Of a stretch of 29,490 bases of DNA, positions 1-7,700 are shown in pieces. Under the pieces are notes generated by a model. That model made no database searches. It saw only the letters and a program-made list of their open reading frames with translations, and was not told the origin of the DNA. The DNA lies in contig JACMKV010000022.1 in the NCBI GenBank assembly GCA_014379915.1, forward strand, positions 1 to 29,490, read 5' to 3'. Position numbers and translations under genes: made by a program. Numbering within the stretch: position 1 is the first letter of the stretch; each line of letters opens with the position of its first letter. Source of the stretch: Burkholderiales bacterium. GTDB taxonomy: Bacteria > Pseudomonadota > Gammaproteobacteria > Burkholderiales > JACMKV01.

Positions 1-336
1 CCTTGAACACCCCGGCGATTGGGCAACCCGCGTCAGGGCCCGTGCTGGCGGGCTGGCTCGGCGGTCTGTTTACCGCGATTCCCGATTTCAAGGTCGATCT
101 CGTCAGCGTAAATCCGGTCAACGATCACGCGATCGCCGAGCAGGCCGTGATCAAGGGCACATGGACACAGCCCTTCCCCGCCCGGCCTGCTTGCGGGCGC
201 CAAACCGACCGGCAAATCGTTCGCTGTTCCGCTTGCCGCGTTCTAGGAATGGAAGGATGGCAAGATCACATCGGGTACGCATTATTTCGACCAGATGGCG
301 CTCCTGACCCAGATCGGTGTCATTCAGCAGAAGTAA
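1..336 (+). pseudogene. SnoaL-like/ester cyclase (NTF2-fold) remnant, 5' end outside window
   Basis: Frame +3 reads WLGGLFTAIPDFKVDLVS...EQAVIKGTWTQPFPA. After one extra C (~183), frame +1 continues GLLAGAKPTGKSFAVPLAAF*EWKDGKITSGTHYFDQMALLTQIGVI to TAA 334-336. In-frame TAG at 244-246. The PTGKSF..P...EWKDGKI...YFD..LL.Q.G pattern is typical of ester cyclase C-termini. Confidence 0.75.
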
Positions 337-345
337 GGCTTCATT

Positions 346-414
346 GGATGGGCTGCGCGGCTCAGCCCTTCCTCGATCGAGAACGATGGGCGCAGAAGCC
401 GTGCCCATCCTATG
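346..414. repeat. Degenerate REP-like doublet of GATGGG..CCCATC hairpins
   Basis: GGATGGGCTGcgcggctCAGCCCttc (346-371), palindrome CTCGATCGAG (372-381), GATGGGCgcagaagccgtGCCCATCctatg (385-414). Resembles GTAG-family REPs (GTAGGATGGG...CCCATC) in inverted pairs. Confidence 0.55.
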
Positions 415-434
415 CTGTATAAACGGAGACAACC

Positions 435-1187
435 ATGATCAAGCTCTATCAATTTGCATTCTCACACTATTGCGAAAAAGTGCGGTGGGCGCTCGATTTC
501 AAGGGCATTCCGTACACCGCGATCAATCTCTTGCCCGGTCTACACCTTAAACCGATTAGCAAGCTCGCGCCCAAAACCTGCATGCCGGTGTTGGTCGATG
601 GAAAAACGGCCGTGCAGGATTCGGCCGCGATCATCACTTATCTCGATAGAACGCATCCCGATCCCTTGTTGACGCCGCGCGATCCGCGAAAAGCGAAGGA
701 AGCGCTTGACTGGGAAAAATATTTCGACGAGGAAATCGGCGTCACCCTGCGGCTCTGGCTTTACTACCACACGCTTCCCGATCGCAGTCGCTCGATTAAA
801 TTATTCACGACTGACGCGCCCTGGTACGGGACGCCGCTGTACGCGGTCATTTTCCCCAAGGTTCGCGACGCGATGATGCAGATGTACAATATCAACGCGG
901 AAACGGCGAAAGATGCGCAAAGGCGCCTCGGGGCCGCGCTCGATAAACTCGACGATGTCTTGAAGGACCGCCGCTTCCTCGTTGGCGATCGTTTCTCACG
1001 GGCGGATCTAACCGCGCTACTGTCGCCCATGTGTCTGCCTACCGACAAAGAAGCGGAAGCGCTATTCCCCGAAGCCGTGTTTGCGGCGCGCAATCAACAC
1101 AAGGGGCGCCCCTATTTCGGCTGGGTGCGGAATATTTATGATAACTATCGGCAACCGATGGCTGCTGCCGTGAAGGCCGCCGCTTGA
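435..1187 (+). CDS. Glutathione S-transferase family protein
   Basis: N-terminal MIKLYQFAFSHYCEKVRWALDFKG, G-site motifs MPVLVDG and DSAAIITYLD, C-terminal FLVGDRFSRADL. RBS GGAG at 425-428. Confidence 0.92.
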   Translation: MIKLYQFAFSHYCEKVRWALDFKGIPYTAINLLPGLHLKPISKLAPKTCMPVLVDGKTAVQDSAAIITYLDRTHPDPLLTPRDPRKAKEALDWEKYFDEEIGVTLRLWLYYHTLPDRSRSIKLFTTDAPWYGTPLYAVIFPKVRDAMMQMYNINAETAKDAQRRLGAALDKLDDVLKDRRFLVGDRFSRADLTALLSPMCLPTDKEAEALFPEAVFAARNQHKGRPYFGWVRNIYDNYRQPMAAAVKAAA

Positions 1188-1227
1188 GAATCCGCGAAGT
1201 GCGAAGTTCAGTCGGCGCCGACCGGCG

Positions 1228-1763
1228 ATGAAGCTCTATATTCACCCGCACGCACCCAACCCAAACCGGGTGCGACTGTATCTTGCCGAGAAGCAAGCGG
1301 GCGGCGCCGTGATAGACCTGCCGCAGGTCAAAGTCGACCTTCGAAGCGGAGAGCAAAACAGTCCGGCGTTCCTCGCCCGCAATTCTTTCGGGGCGGTGCC
1401 GGTGCTCGAGCTCGACGATGGCTCCTATATCAACGAGTCGCTGACCATCACGAGTATCTCGAAGAGTGTTACCCCGAGCCTGTCATGATTGGCCGCACGG
1501 CTTTGGAGCGGGCGCGCGTGCGTGAGCTCGAGCGGATCGCCGAGCTGAGAGCGCTAAGACCTGTGACGCACGTCATCCACTCCACCAACTCGCCGCTCGG
1601 ATATCCGCCGAATCCCGGCATTGCGGCGCACTTTCAAAAGGAGCTTCCGATTGGCCTTCGTTTCCTTGATGAACGATTGTCCGATGGACGGCACTTCATC
1701 GCAGGCGAGCAACCCAGCATCGCCGATTGCACGCTCGCCGCCGCATTCAAGTTTGCCCGGTTT
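1228..1763 (+). pseudogene. Second glutathione S-transferase, frameshifted and 3'-truncated
   Basis: 1228-1449 gives PNPNRVRLYLAEK...GAVPVLELDDGSYINESLTI. A 1-nt loss at ~1450 moves EYLEECYPEPVMIGRTALERARVRELER...FIAGEQPSIADCTLAAAFKFARF into another frame. GST-like sequence stops at ~1763, where opposite-strand gene sequence begins. Confidence 0.85.
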
Positions 1764-2431
1764 CTCTTCAGCCCGTTTCGGCTTGCCGTTGTAAACGAAA
1801 GCCGAGTTCCGTGAGATGACGAACAGCCCTGGCAGCTGCGACAGCTCGGTTGTCAAATCCTCGGTGATGCCATCGGCGAAATATTCCTGTTCGGGGTCCG
1901 AACTCATGTTGACGAACAGCAGCACGACGAGCGAGGGCTTGTCGACGATCGGCTCCAGCCGGGTCAATGCTCCTTGAGGTTCTCCCCCCTTGGGAAAAGG
2001 GGGGTTAGGGGGGATTTGCGGTGTGGGCTGATGCCGCGCCGGTTGAGATTTCACTGCCTCGCGCTGCGCCTGCTCTTCGCACGTTATTCGAATTGCCTAA
2101 CCACCTTTCGGCAGCTCAAAACGCAGAGGATCGGCGCGTCCATCGCCGTCGTAATACTCGCGCAGCTTCGCCCGCAACTGCCCAGCTTGCACACGCACGA
2201 TCGCATCCGTCTCCGGATCGAAATCCGGCGCGCGACTCGAAGACTTCGACCGCTATGGTGTAGCCCTTGATCTGCTCGCCGCGCCCGGCCAAAGTCTGCT
2301 CGACAAGATAGCGCAGAAAGCGGCTTTAGGCGTTCCGCCTGCGCGAACATCGGGCTCGCCAGCATACGTTCCAGACAGGCGCGAACGTCGGCTTCGCCTG
2401 GCTTTAAACTCGCGATCGGTGGCAGCGCCAT
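1764..2431 (-). pseudogene. TolB-N/FlgO-like ('adenylate cyclase-associated') protein remnant with N-terminal DNA-binding-like domain, TPR C-terminus missing
   Basis: From ATG 2431: ADVRACLERMLASPMFAQAERL, +1 shift ~2326, SRFLRYLVEQTLAGRGEQIKGYTIAVEVF, +1 shift ~2226, DFDPETDAIVRVQAGQLRAKLREYY...ELPKGG*(TAG 2097-2099), then KPSLVVLLFVNMSSDPEQEYFADGITEDLTTELSQLPGLFVISRNSAFVYNGK, ending abruptly at ~1764. Confidence 0.85.
1982..2017 (-). repeat. AAATCCCCCC-type palindromic repeat (singlet) in frame in the inter-domain linker of the remnant gene
   Basis: Minus strand AAATCCCCCC TAA CCCCCC TTTTCCCAA GGGGGG AG, translated within QIPPNPPFPKGGE. Same architecture as the element in lnt. Confidence 0.7.
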
Positions 2432-2552
2432 AGCTTTTCGGCATGAAAAAAGATGCGCTTGCAAGCGTAGCACGCTCCGCGGGCGCGGCAAACGGCGGCA
2501 GCCCAGCGTGAAGTGTTTGAGGCATCGGGCTTATTTGCGCATCGAAACATTT

Positions 2553-2570
2553 CTGTAACTTGTCTGTGAT
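2553..2570 (+). promoter_or_regulatory. Pho-box-like direct repeat
   Basis: CTGTAAC-TTGT-CTGTGAT: 7-4-7 spacing with 11-bp period, matching the PhoB consensus CTGTCAT-N4-CTGTCAT. Ends 65 nt upstream of the phytase-like gene ATG. Confidence 0.6.
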
Positions 2571-2635
2571 AGCTTGCTGCAAAGCTTTTGCAAGCCCACA
2601 AAACCAATCTGTCCGCTCATCCAAAGGGGGAAAAC

Positions 2636-4192
2636 ATGTTGCGATTTGCCTGCGCGACCGCACTAGGCGCGCTTCTCGTTCTGTCCACAGCGGCGAGCAA
2701 CGCCGAACCCACATTCGTCAATGGTTTAGTGATTCCAGGAGATTCGGTTGATAAAACCGGTGTGGCGAGCGCAAACGGCGGGCGGGTGGGCTTCTTCTCC
2801 GACATCTACTACGACCCCAGGGAGCAACAATGGTGGGCCTTGTCCGATCGCGGGCCTGGCGGCGGCGTGCTGGCGTATGAGACGCGCGTGCAGCGATTCA
2901 AGATTGATATCGATCGGAAAACTGGCGCGATCTCGAAGTTCAAGGTGCAAAAGACAATCAAGTTCAGCGACCCTAAAGGTCTGCTGACGCCGCCGAGCAA
3001 GGCGGATCTCGATAATCCGCAAGCGTTGAATGGGTTGAATCCGGCCGAGCTGAACGGCAACGCAGCAGTCCTCGGCCGCAGCTTCGATCCAGAGGGCCTC
3101 GTCGTTAGCCCGATCAACGGTCATTTCATCGTCTCGGACGAGTATGGTCCTTCGGTCTACGAATTCAACCGCAAAGGCGTATTGGTCAAGGTGTTCGAAA
3201 CGCCGGCTAATCTCCTCCCGCGGCTGCAGGTCGCGCCGGGCAATCCGGGTGATCTCGATTTCGTCGCCGGGCGCGCCGATGACGGCATCTTTTTCGGCCG
3301 TCAGGACAACCGCGGCTTCGAAGGCATCGCCGTTTCGCCGGACGGCAAAAAGCTTTTCGCCGTGCTGCAGGACCCGCTGATCAACGAACCCGACGAACCC
3401 AAACCGAACGACGGGCGCGACGGCCGCAATGTTCGCATCGTCGAATTCAACAGCGATCGGTACAGCGCCGGCTACGGTGAGAGCACAGCGCAATACGCGT
3501 ATCAGCTTGAAGCGCAAGCAGACATTGCCGCGCGCATCAAAGCTCAGGGCGGCAGCGCGTCGGCAACCGATCCGCGTCAGGGTCGCAACATCGGGCTATC
3601 GGCGATCGTCGCGCTCAACGATCATGAATTCCTCGTCATCGAACGCGACAACCGCGGGCTCGGAGTGGACGATCCGGAAGGCAAGATGGTGGTCGGCTCG
3701 AAGCGCGTTTATAAAATCGACATCAGCGACGCGACTGACGTGAGTACTCTCGTGTTACCCGGCAGCGATCTCGCGGGGGCTGGGATCATTCCCGTCACGA
3801 AGTCGGGCGTGTTCATCGATTTCACCGAAGACACTGTGCTTCCCAACGGGAAGCAGCCCGAAAAATGGGAAGGGCTCGCGATTGGTCCGCGCTTGAGCGA
3901 TGGCGCTCGCCTGATTCTCGCCGGCAACGACAACGACTTCTCGGTGACGCAAAACGGCAGCAACGTGCAGTTCGACGTTTACGTCGACTTCAGAGGGAGC
4001 AGCGTGCAGCGCGATATCGATCAACCGACGAAGTTGAACGGCGTCGAAGTCGGCCCCGTGCCGAATGGGTATGTGCTGATTCCGGGCGTGCTGCATGCGT
4101 ACAAGGCGTCCGCTGATGATCTGGCGGGATATGTCGCACCGGGTAAGCGGGGACGGGAGTGCAAGCGGTGCGAAGAAGATTCGGACGACTGA
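2636..4192 (+). CDS. Secreted esterase-like activity of phytase family protein (Phytase-like beta-propeller)
   Basis: ATG 2636 after GGGGG RBS, signal peptide MLRFACATALGALLVLSTAASNA. Family-type motifs WALSDRGP, FDPEGL, VSDEYGP, NRGFEG, LVIERDN, EKWEG, GNDNDF. Confidence 0.88.
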   Translation: MLRFACATALGALLVLSTAASNAEPTFVNGLVIPGDSVDKTGVASANGGRVGFFSDIYYDPREQQWWALSDRGPGGGVLAYETRVQRFKIDIDRKTGAISKFKVQKTIKFSDPKGLLTPPSKADLDNPQALNGLNPAELNGNAAVLGRSFDPEGLVVSPINGHFIVSDEYGPSVYEFNRKGVLVKVFETPANLLPRLQVAPGNPGDLDFVAGRADDGIFFGRQDNRGFEGIAVSPDGKKLFAVLQDPLINEPDEPKPNDGRDGRNVRIVEFNSDRYSAGYGESTAQYAYQLEAQADIAARIKAQGGSASATDPRQGRNIGLSAIVALNDHEFLVIERDNRGLGVDDPEGKMVVGSKRVYKIDISDATDVSTLVLPGSDLAGAGIIPVTKSGVFIDFTEDTVLPNGKQPEKWEGLAIGPRLSDGARLILAGNDNDFSVTQNGSNVQFDVYVDFRGSSVQRDIDQPTKLNGVEVGPVPNGYVLIPGVLHAYKASADDLAGYVAPGKRGRECKRCEEDSDD

Positions 4193-4214
4193 TGCGCGAC
4201 GACTAATGCGAGGG

Positions 4215-4283
4215 CAGTGGCTGCGGCAGGGACCCAAGTGTCTTGTGGACGCCGCCTGGATTCCCCGCCCGCGCGGGAATGAC
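4215..4283. repeat. GTCATTCCCGCG-type REP with a degenerate partner between convergent genes
   Basis: CTGGATTCCCcGCCCGCGCGGGAATGAC (4256-4283) is the reverse form of the common GTCATTCCCGCGCAGGCGGGAATCCAG palindrome. A decayed left half ...CTGCGGCAGGGACCCA lies at ~4215-4236. Confidence 0.7.
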
Positions 4284-4312
4284 AGCTAGTAGACACGGTC
4301 GGCGGATAACCT

Positions 4313-4768
4313 TTACAGCGATTTGACGAACTCAAGCACTTCCGCCGCGTGTCCGGGGACTTTTACGCCGCGCCATTCACGTCGCACAATGCCCTTGCTA
4401 TCGATCAAGAACGTGCTGCGCTCGATCCCGCGCACTTGTTTACCGTACATATTCTTCATCTCGATGATGTCGAAAGCTTTGCAAGCAGCTTCGTCCTGAT
4501 CGCTCAGTAGTTCGAACGGAAATTCCATTTTGGCCTTGAAGCTTTCGTGTGATTTCAGACTGTCGCGCGAGATGCCGTAGATTTCGCAGCCGAGTCTTTC
4601 GAATTGTGGAGAGAGGTCGCGGAATTGCTGCCCTTCGGTGGTGCAGCCGGGCGTGTTGTCCTTCGGGTAAAAGTATAGGACCGTGGTGCGGCCGCGCAGA
4701 TCGGCCAACCGGATGGTCTTGCCGCCGGTTGCGGGCAATTCGATGTTGGGGACGGATTTGTTAAGCAT
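4313..4768 (-). CDS. bcp: Peroxiredoxin Bcp/PrxQ
   Basis: LYFYPKDNTPGCTTEG (PxxxTxxC), GISRD, RSTFLID. ATG 4768 with AAGGAG RBS. No alpha2 resolving Cys; DEAACKAF carries an alpha3-position Cys. Confidence 0.95.
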   Translation of the reverse strand: MLNKSVPNIELPATGGKTIRLADLRGRTTVLYFYPKDNTPGCTTEGQQFRDLSPQFERLGCEIYGISRDSLKSHESFKAKMEFPFELLSDQDEAACKAFDIIEMKNMYGKQVRGIERSTFLIDSKGIVRREWRGVKVPGHAAEVLEFVKSL

Positions 4769-4830
4769 GGTGCTCCTTTTGTCGCGCTCCTTTCGATGTC
4801 GTTCGTTATCAGCCGCTATAATCGCTTTGC

Positions 4831-5586
4831 TCACCAATCTCCATATAAGGCCTGCATTGCGGCAAGCGCGGCAGCGCCCGCGGTTTCGGTGCGCAGAATG
4901 CGCGGGCCCAGGGAAACCGGAACAAACCCGGCTGTCGCTGCGGCTCGCGCTTCGTCGTCCGAGAAGCCGCCTTCCGGGCCGACCAGAACCGTCAGCTTTT
5001 GATCCGGAGGCGGCGGATCACGCAAGCTCGCTTCCGCATCCGGTAGCAGCAGCAGGCGCAATTCGGCGGCGGCAGCGGATCGCGTAGCCTGGTCTTTCAG
5101 CTGGCCTAACCAATCGGGCAGCGCGGCTACCGCGGCGACTTCGGGAAGCCGATTACGTCCGCACTGTTCGCAGGACGCGATCACGATATTCTGCCAATGC
5201 AGCGCGCGTTTGGCGGCGCGTCCGGCATCGAGCCGCACCACACTGCGGCTGGTCGTCAGCGGTTGTATGCGCGCTGCGCCGAGTTCGACGGCTTTCTGCA
5301 CGACCCAATCCATTTTTTCCGCATTCAGCACGGCTTGCGCGAGCGTGATGGCGAGCGGCGATTCGCGCTCGACAGCGCGGAATTCAAGATCGCCGACGAC
5401 GACCGCATCTTTGCCGCAGTGCGTGACTGTCGCCGTAAACTCGCCGCCGCGGCCGTTGAACAGAACCAGACGATCGCCGGTCTGCACGCGCAGCGCCTTG
5501 AGTGCGTGATGGGCGGCGGCAGCCGGCAGCCGGATGTTAGCTCCAACTTCGATATCGGTCGGGCAATAGAAGCGGGTAAGCGCCAT
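4831..5586 (-). CDS. rsmE: 16S rRNA m3U1498 methyltransferase
   Basis: HHALKALRV, KMDWVVQKAVELG, SCEQCGRN, VGPEGGFS, LGPRILRTETA. Start MALTRFY at 5586. Confidence 0.96.
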   Translation of the reverse strand: MALTRFYCPTDIEVGANIRLPAAAAHHALKALRVQTGDRLVLFNGRGGEFTATVTHCGKDAVVVGDLEFRAVERESPLAITLAQAVLNAEKMDWVVQKAVELGAARIQPLTTSRSVVRLDAGRAAKRALHWQNIVIASCEQCGRNRLPEVAAVAALPDWLGQLKDQATRSAAAAELRLLLLPDAEASLRDPPPPDQKLTVLVGPEGGFSDDEARAAATAGFVPVSLGPRILRTETAGAAALAAMQALYGDW

Positions 5587-5709
5587 GTGTGTGATAAGAG
5601 GCGGGGTGGCGGACAAGGACGGTGGGCGAGGACGGCGCGGCGCGGGGAGGCGATCGTGCATGATATTATATTGCCCGCGTCGTTTCCCACGCCGCGCCTG
5701 CAAACAAAC

Positions 5710-6264
5710 ATGAGCGAATCCTCCCCAATCTGCGCGTTTGGCTCGCGAGCCCCCGAGTTCGATTTACCCGGCACCGACGGCAAGCGCTACCGCCTCGGCG
5801 ATGCGCGCGGCAAGAATGGTCTTGTCGTCATGTTCATCTGCAATCACTGCCCTTACGTCAAAGCGGCGCGGACGCGCCTGGTCCGCGATTGCGCCGAACT
5901 GCTTGAGCATGGCATAGGCGCAATCGCCATCTCGTCGAACGACGTCGCCGATTATCCGGAGGATTCATTCGACAACATGCGGCGGGTCGCCGAACAGTTT
6001 GCGTTTCCATTTCCCTACGTGTGGGATGAATCGCAAGCAGTCGCGAAAGCTTATGGCGCAGTCTGCACGCCCGATTTCTTCGGCTTCAATGCCGATCTCG
6101 AACTGCAATACCGCGGCCGCCTCGATTCTTCAGGGAAAAGTGAAAGCGCCGGCGCGCGCCGCGAATTGTTCGACGCCATGCTGCAAATCGCACAGACAGG
6201 CCGTGGTCCGACGGCGCAGATCCCGAGCATCGGCTGCTCGATCAAATGGAAACGCGACGCATGA
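5710..6264 (+). CDS. Thioredoxin-fold AhpC/TSA-like protein (CxxC)
   Basis: APEFDLPGTDGK, VMFICNHCPYVK, YPEDSFDNM, AVCTPDFFGF, YRGRLD, SIGCSIKWK. Start MSESSP at 5710. Confidence 0.92.
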   Translation: MSESSPICAFGSRAPEFDLPGTDGKRYRLGDARGKNGLVVMFICNHCPYVKAARTRLVRDCAELLEHGIGAIAISSNDVADYPEDSFDNMRRVAEQFAFPFPYVWDESQAVAKAYGAVCTPDFFGFNADLELQYRGRLDSSGKSESAGARRELFDAMLQIAQTGRGPTAQIPSIGCSIKWKRDA

Positions 6265-7088
6265 TCGAGCCGGTGATGCTGCCGGCCGAGGAAATGCTCG
6301 AACCTGTAATCGCCGTTGTCAAGGCGGTCGCCGCCGCCGAAATCATGCCGCGCTATCTGCGCGTCGCCCACAAGCGCAAGACGGACGGCAGCCTGTACAC
6401 CGAAGCCGACATTGCTGCGCAGGAAGCGCTGTCGCGGAAGCTGCGCGAAATCTACGACGGCGCGATGATCGGCGAAGAAATGACGCGGCTCGAACAGGCC
6501 GAACAATGGCTGGCCGGCGACGCCGGCTTGTGGTGCGTCGACCCCATCGATGGCACGTCGAATTTCGTCAACGGTTTGCCGTACTTCGCGGTTTCGGTCG
6601 CGCTGATGCAACACGGCCGAAGCATACTCGGCGTGGTCTACGATCCCGTTGCGGACGAAGTGTTTTATGCCGCGCAAGGCTGCGGCGCCTGGCTGAACGG
6701 CGAACCGCTGCCGATCAAGGATCGCGCGCCGGCATTGCGCGAGGCGATGGCGAGCGTCGACTTCAAACGATTGACGCCGAAGCTCGCCGAGCATCTGGCT
6801 ACCGAACCGCCGTATTCGTCGGCGCGCAACTACGGCGCCAGCACGCTCGAATGGTGCTACACGGCGGCGGGCCGCTTCGATCTTTATCTGCACGGCGGCC
6901 AAAAGCTGTGGGATTACGCGGCCGGCTCGCTGATTCTGAAGGAGGCCGGCGGCTCGATGTGCACCTTGAATCGCGACGATTTCTGGGCAGGCCGGCTTTG
7001 GCAGCGCTCCGTGATCGCGGCGCTCGATCCCGATCTGTTTGTCGCCTGGAAAGCCTGGCTGCGCGCTTTTCATTGCCGGTCCGATTGA
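6261..7088 (+). CDS. Inositol monophosphatase family protein (SuhB-like)
   Basis: TEAD, GEE, WCVDPIDGTSNF, KLWDYAAGSLILKEAGG. ATGA overlap with the upstream stop suggests translational coupling. Confidence 0.92.
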   Translation: MIEPVMLPAEEMLEPVIAVVKAVAAAEIMPRYLRVAHKRKTDGSLYTEADIAAQEALSRKLREIYDGAMIGEEMTRLEQAEQWLAGDAGLWCVDPIDGTSNFVNGLPYFAVSVALMQHGRSILGVVYDPVADEVFYAAQGCGAWLNGEPLPIKDRAPALREAMASVDFKRLTPKLAEHLATEPPYSSARNYGASTLEWCYTAAGRFDLYLHGGQKLWDYAAGSLILKEAGGSMCTLNRDDFWAGRLWQRSVIAALDPDLFVAWKAWLRAFHCRSD

Positions 7089-7140
7089 ACGTCGCACCCA
7101 GCATGCATTCTGAGCGCTGACCAACGACGACGAGAACAAC

Positions 7141-7386
7141 ATGACGTCGTCGCTGCTGGCGAAACGATGGGCGCGCACACAAGGTCCTTGCGCTGATCAA
7201 GCGCATCGCCTATGTCGATCTCGTGCAAAGCGGGCAGATCGAGTGGTACCGCTGCTGTATTCATTCATCACGAAGGACGCTGCGCTTTACGCTTACGACA
7301 AGGCGATTTTCATCACGGTGATCAGCGGCCTCGCGATGACGCTGGTGTCGCGCAAGCGCAGCCGCGAGCTGCAGGTGCGGGACTAA
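7141..7386 (+). other. Possible small or degraded membrane-protein gene fragment
   Basis: GC3-rich, coding-like codons for VVPLLYSFITKDAALYAYDKAIFITVISGLAMTLVSRKR. An adjacent frame reads HKVLALIKRIAYVDLVQSG, suggesting a frameshift. Family not recognised. Confidence 0.3.
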
Positions 7387-7452
7387 GGACTAAACAGCTA
7401 ACGTCCACGCGCCGTGTCCGCGCGCCAGCGATGCGTTCAGGAAACTTACAAG

Positions 7453-7469
7453 GTGACGCATTTCGTCAC
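7453..7469. promoter_or_regulatory. Palindromic candidate enhancer (bEBP upstream activator site)
   Basis: GTGACG-CATTT-CGTCAC: perfect 6-bp inverted repeat with the N5 spacing seen in NtrC-type sites, about 150 bp upstream of the predicted sigma54 start site. Confidence 0.45.
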
Positions 7470-7537
7470 AAAACGCGCTTGCACGATAGGCTGGAGAGCA
7501 TGACTTCACTAAAGCGCACAAAAACGTTTTCCCGCGG

Positions 7538-7550
7538 TTATGACTTGATT
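7538..7550 (-). promoter_or_regulatory. IHF-like site
   Basis: AATCAAGTCATAA versus consensus WATCAANNNNTTR (one mismatch), located between the candidate enhancer and the sigma54 motif. Confidence 0.4.
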
Positions 7551-7591
7551 CGCGCCGGACTGCGCCCTCGGCGCCGTTTTTTTCCGGTGAA

Positions 7592-7607
7592 TGGCATATC
7601 TATTGCG
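7592..7607 (+). promoter_or_regulatory. Sigma54 (-24/-12) promoter
   Basis: TGGCATATCTATTGCG: exact GG-N10-GC spacing, close to TGGCAC-N5-TTGC. Ends 93 nt upstream of GTG 7701. Confidence 0.7.
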
Positions 7608-7700
7608 TTTCGGTCCTCGCCGCGCCGGAAGCTCAGCGTCGGCACCGCACAATCCGAATGGCAGCTTTGTAGCGCCACTGCATTATTCAACGGAGGCAAC

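Noticed and set aside
995-1035. GST 435-1187 may lack about 2 residues in ADLTA-LLSP relative to homologs
   Set aside because: Based on recollection only and needs an alignment; the ORF is otherwise intact.
1211-1222. Perfect 12-bp palindrome GTCGGCGCCGAC before the split GST
   Set aside because: All but two bases are G/C in a GC-rich genome, there is no loop or U-tract, and no function can be assigned.
1554-2054. 166-aa ORF that looks like a novel TolB-N fusion protein
   Set aside because: Its C-terminal half is the antisense of the GST remnant, produced by the deletion junction.
244-2099. Two in-frame TAG codons in otherwise recognisable genes (244-246 and 2097-2099), suggesting amber recoding or pyrrolysine
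   Set aside because: Both genes also carry frameshifts, each TAG is one substitution from a plausible sense codon, pilI ends in TAG (10290-10292) as a normal stop, and no pyl genes are present.
5197-5709. Long N-terminal extensions on the thioredoxin-like (5197), rsmE (5703), bcp (4837), phytase-like (2588) and binding-protein (7212) ORFs
   Set aside because: These are longest-ORF artefacts. Family homology, and for bcp, the phytase-like gene and the binding protein a clear RBS, point to 5710, 5586, 4768, 2636 and 7701.
7453-7470. CRP/Vfr site reading of GGTGA...TCACA
   Set aside because: The spacer is 9 nt, not the required 6 nt.
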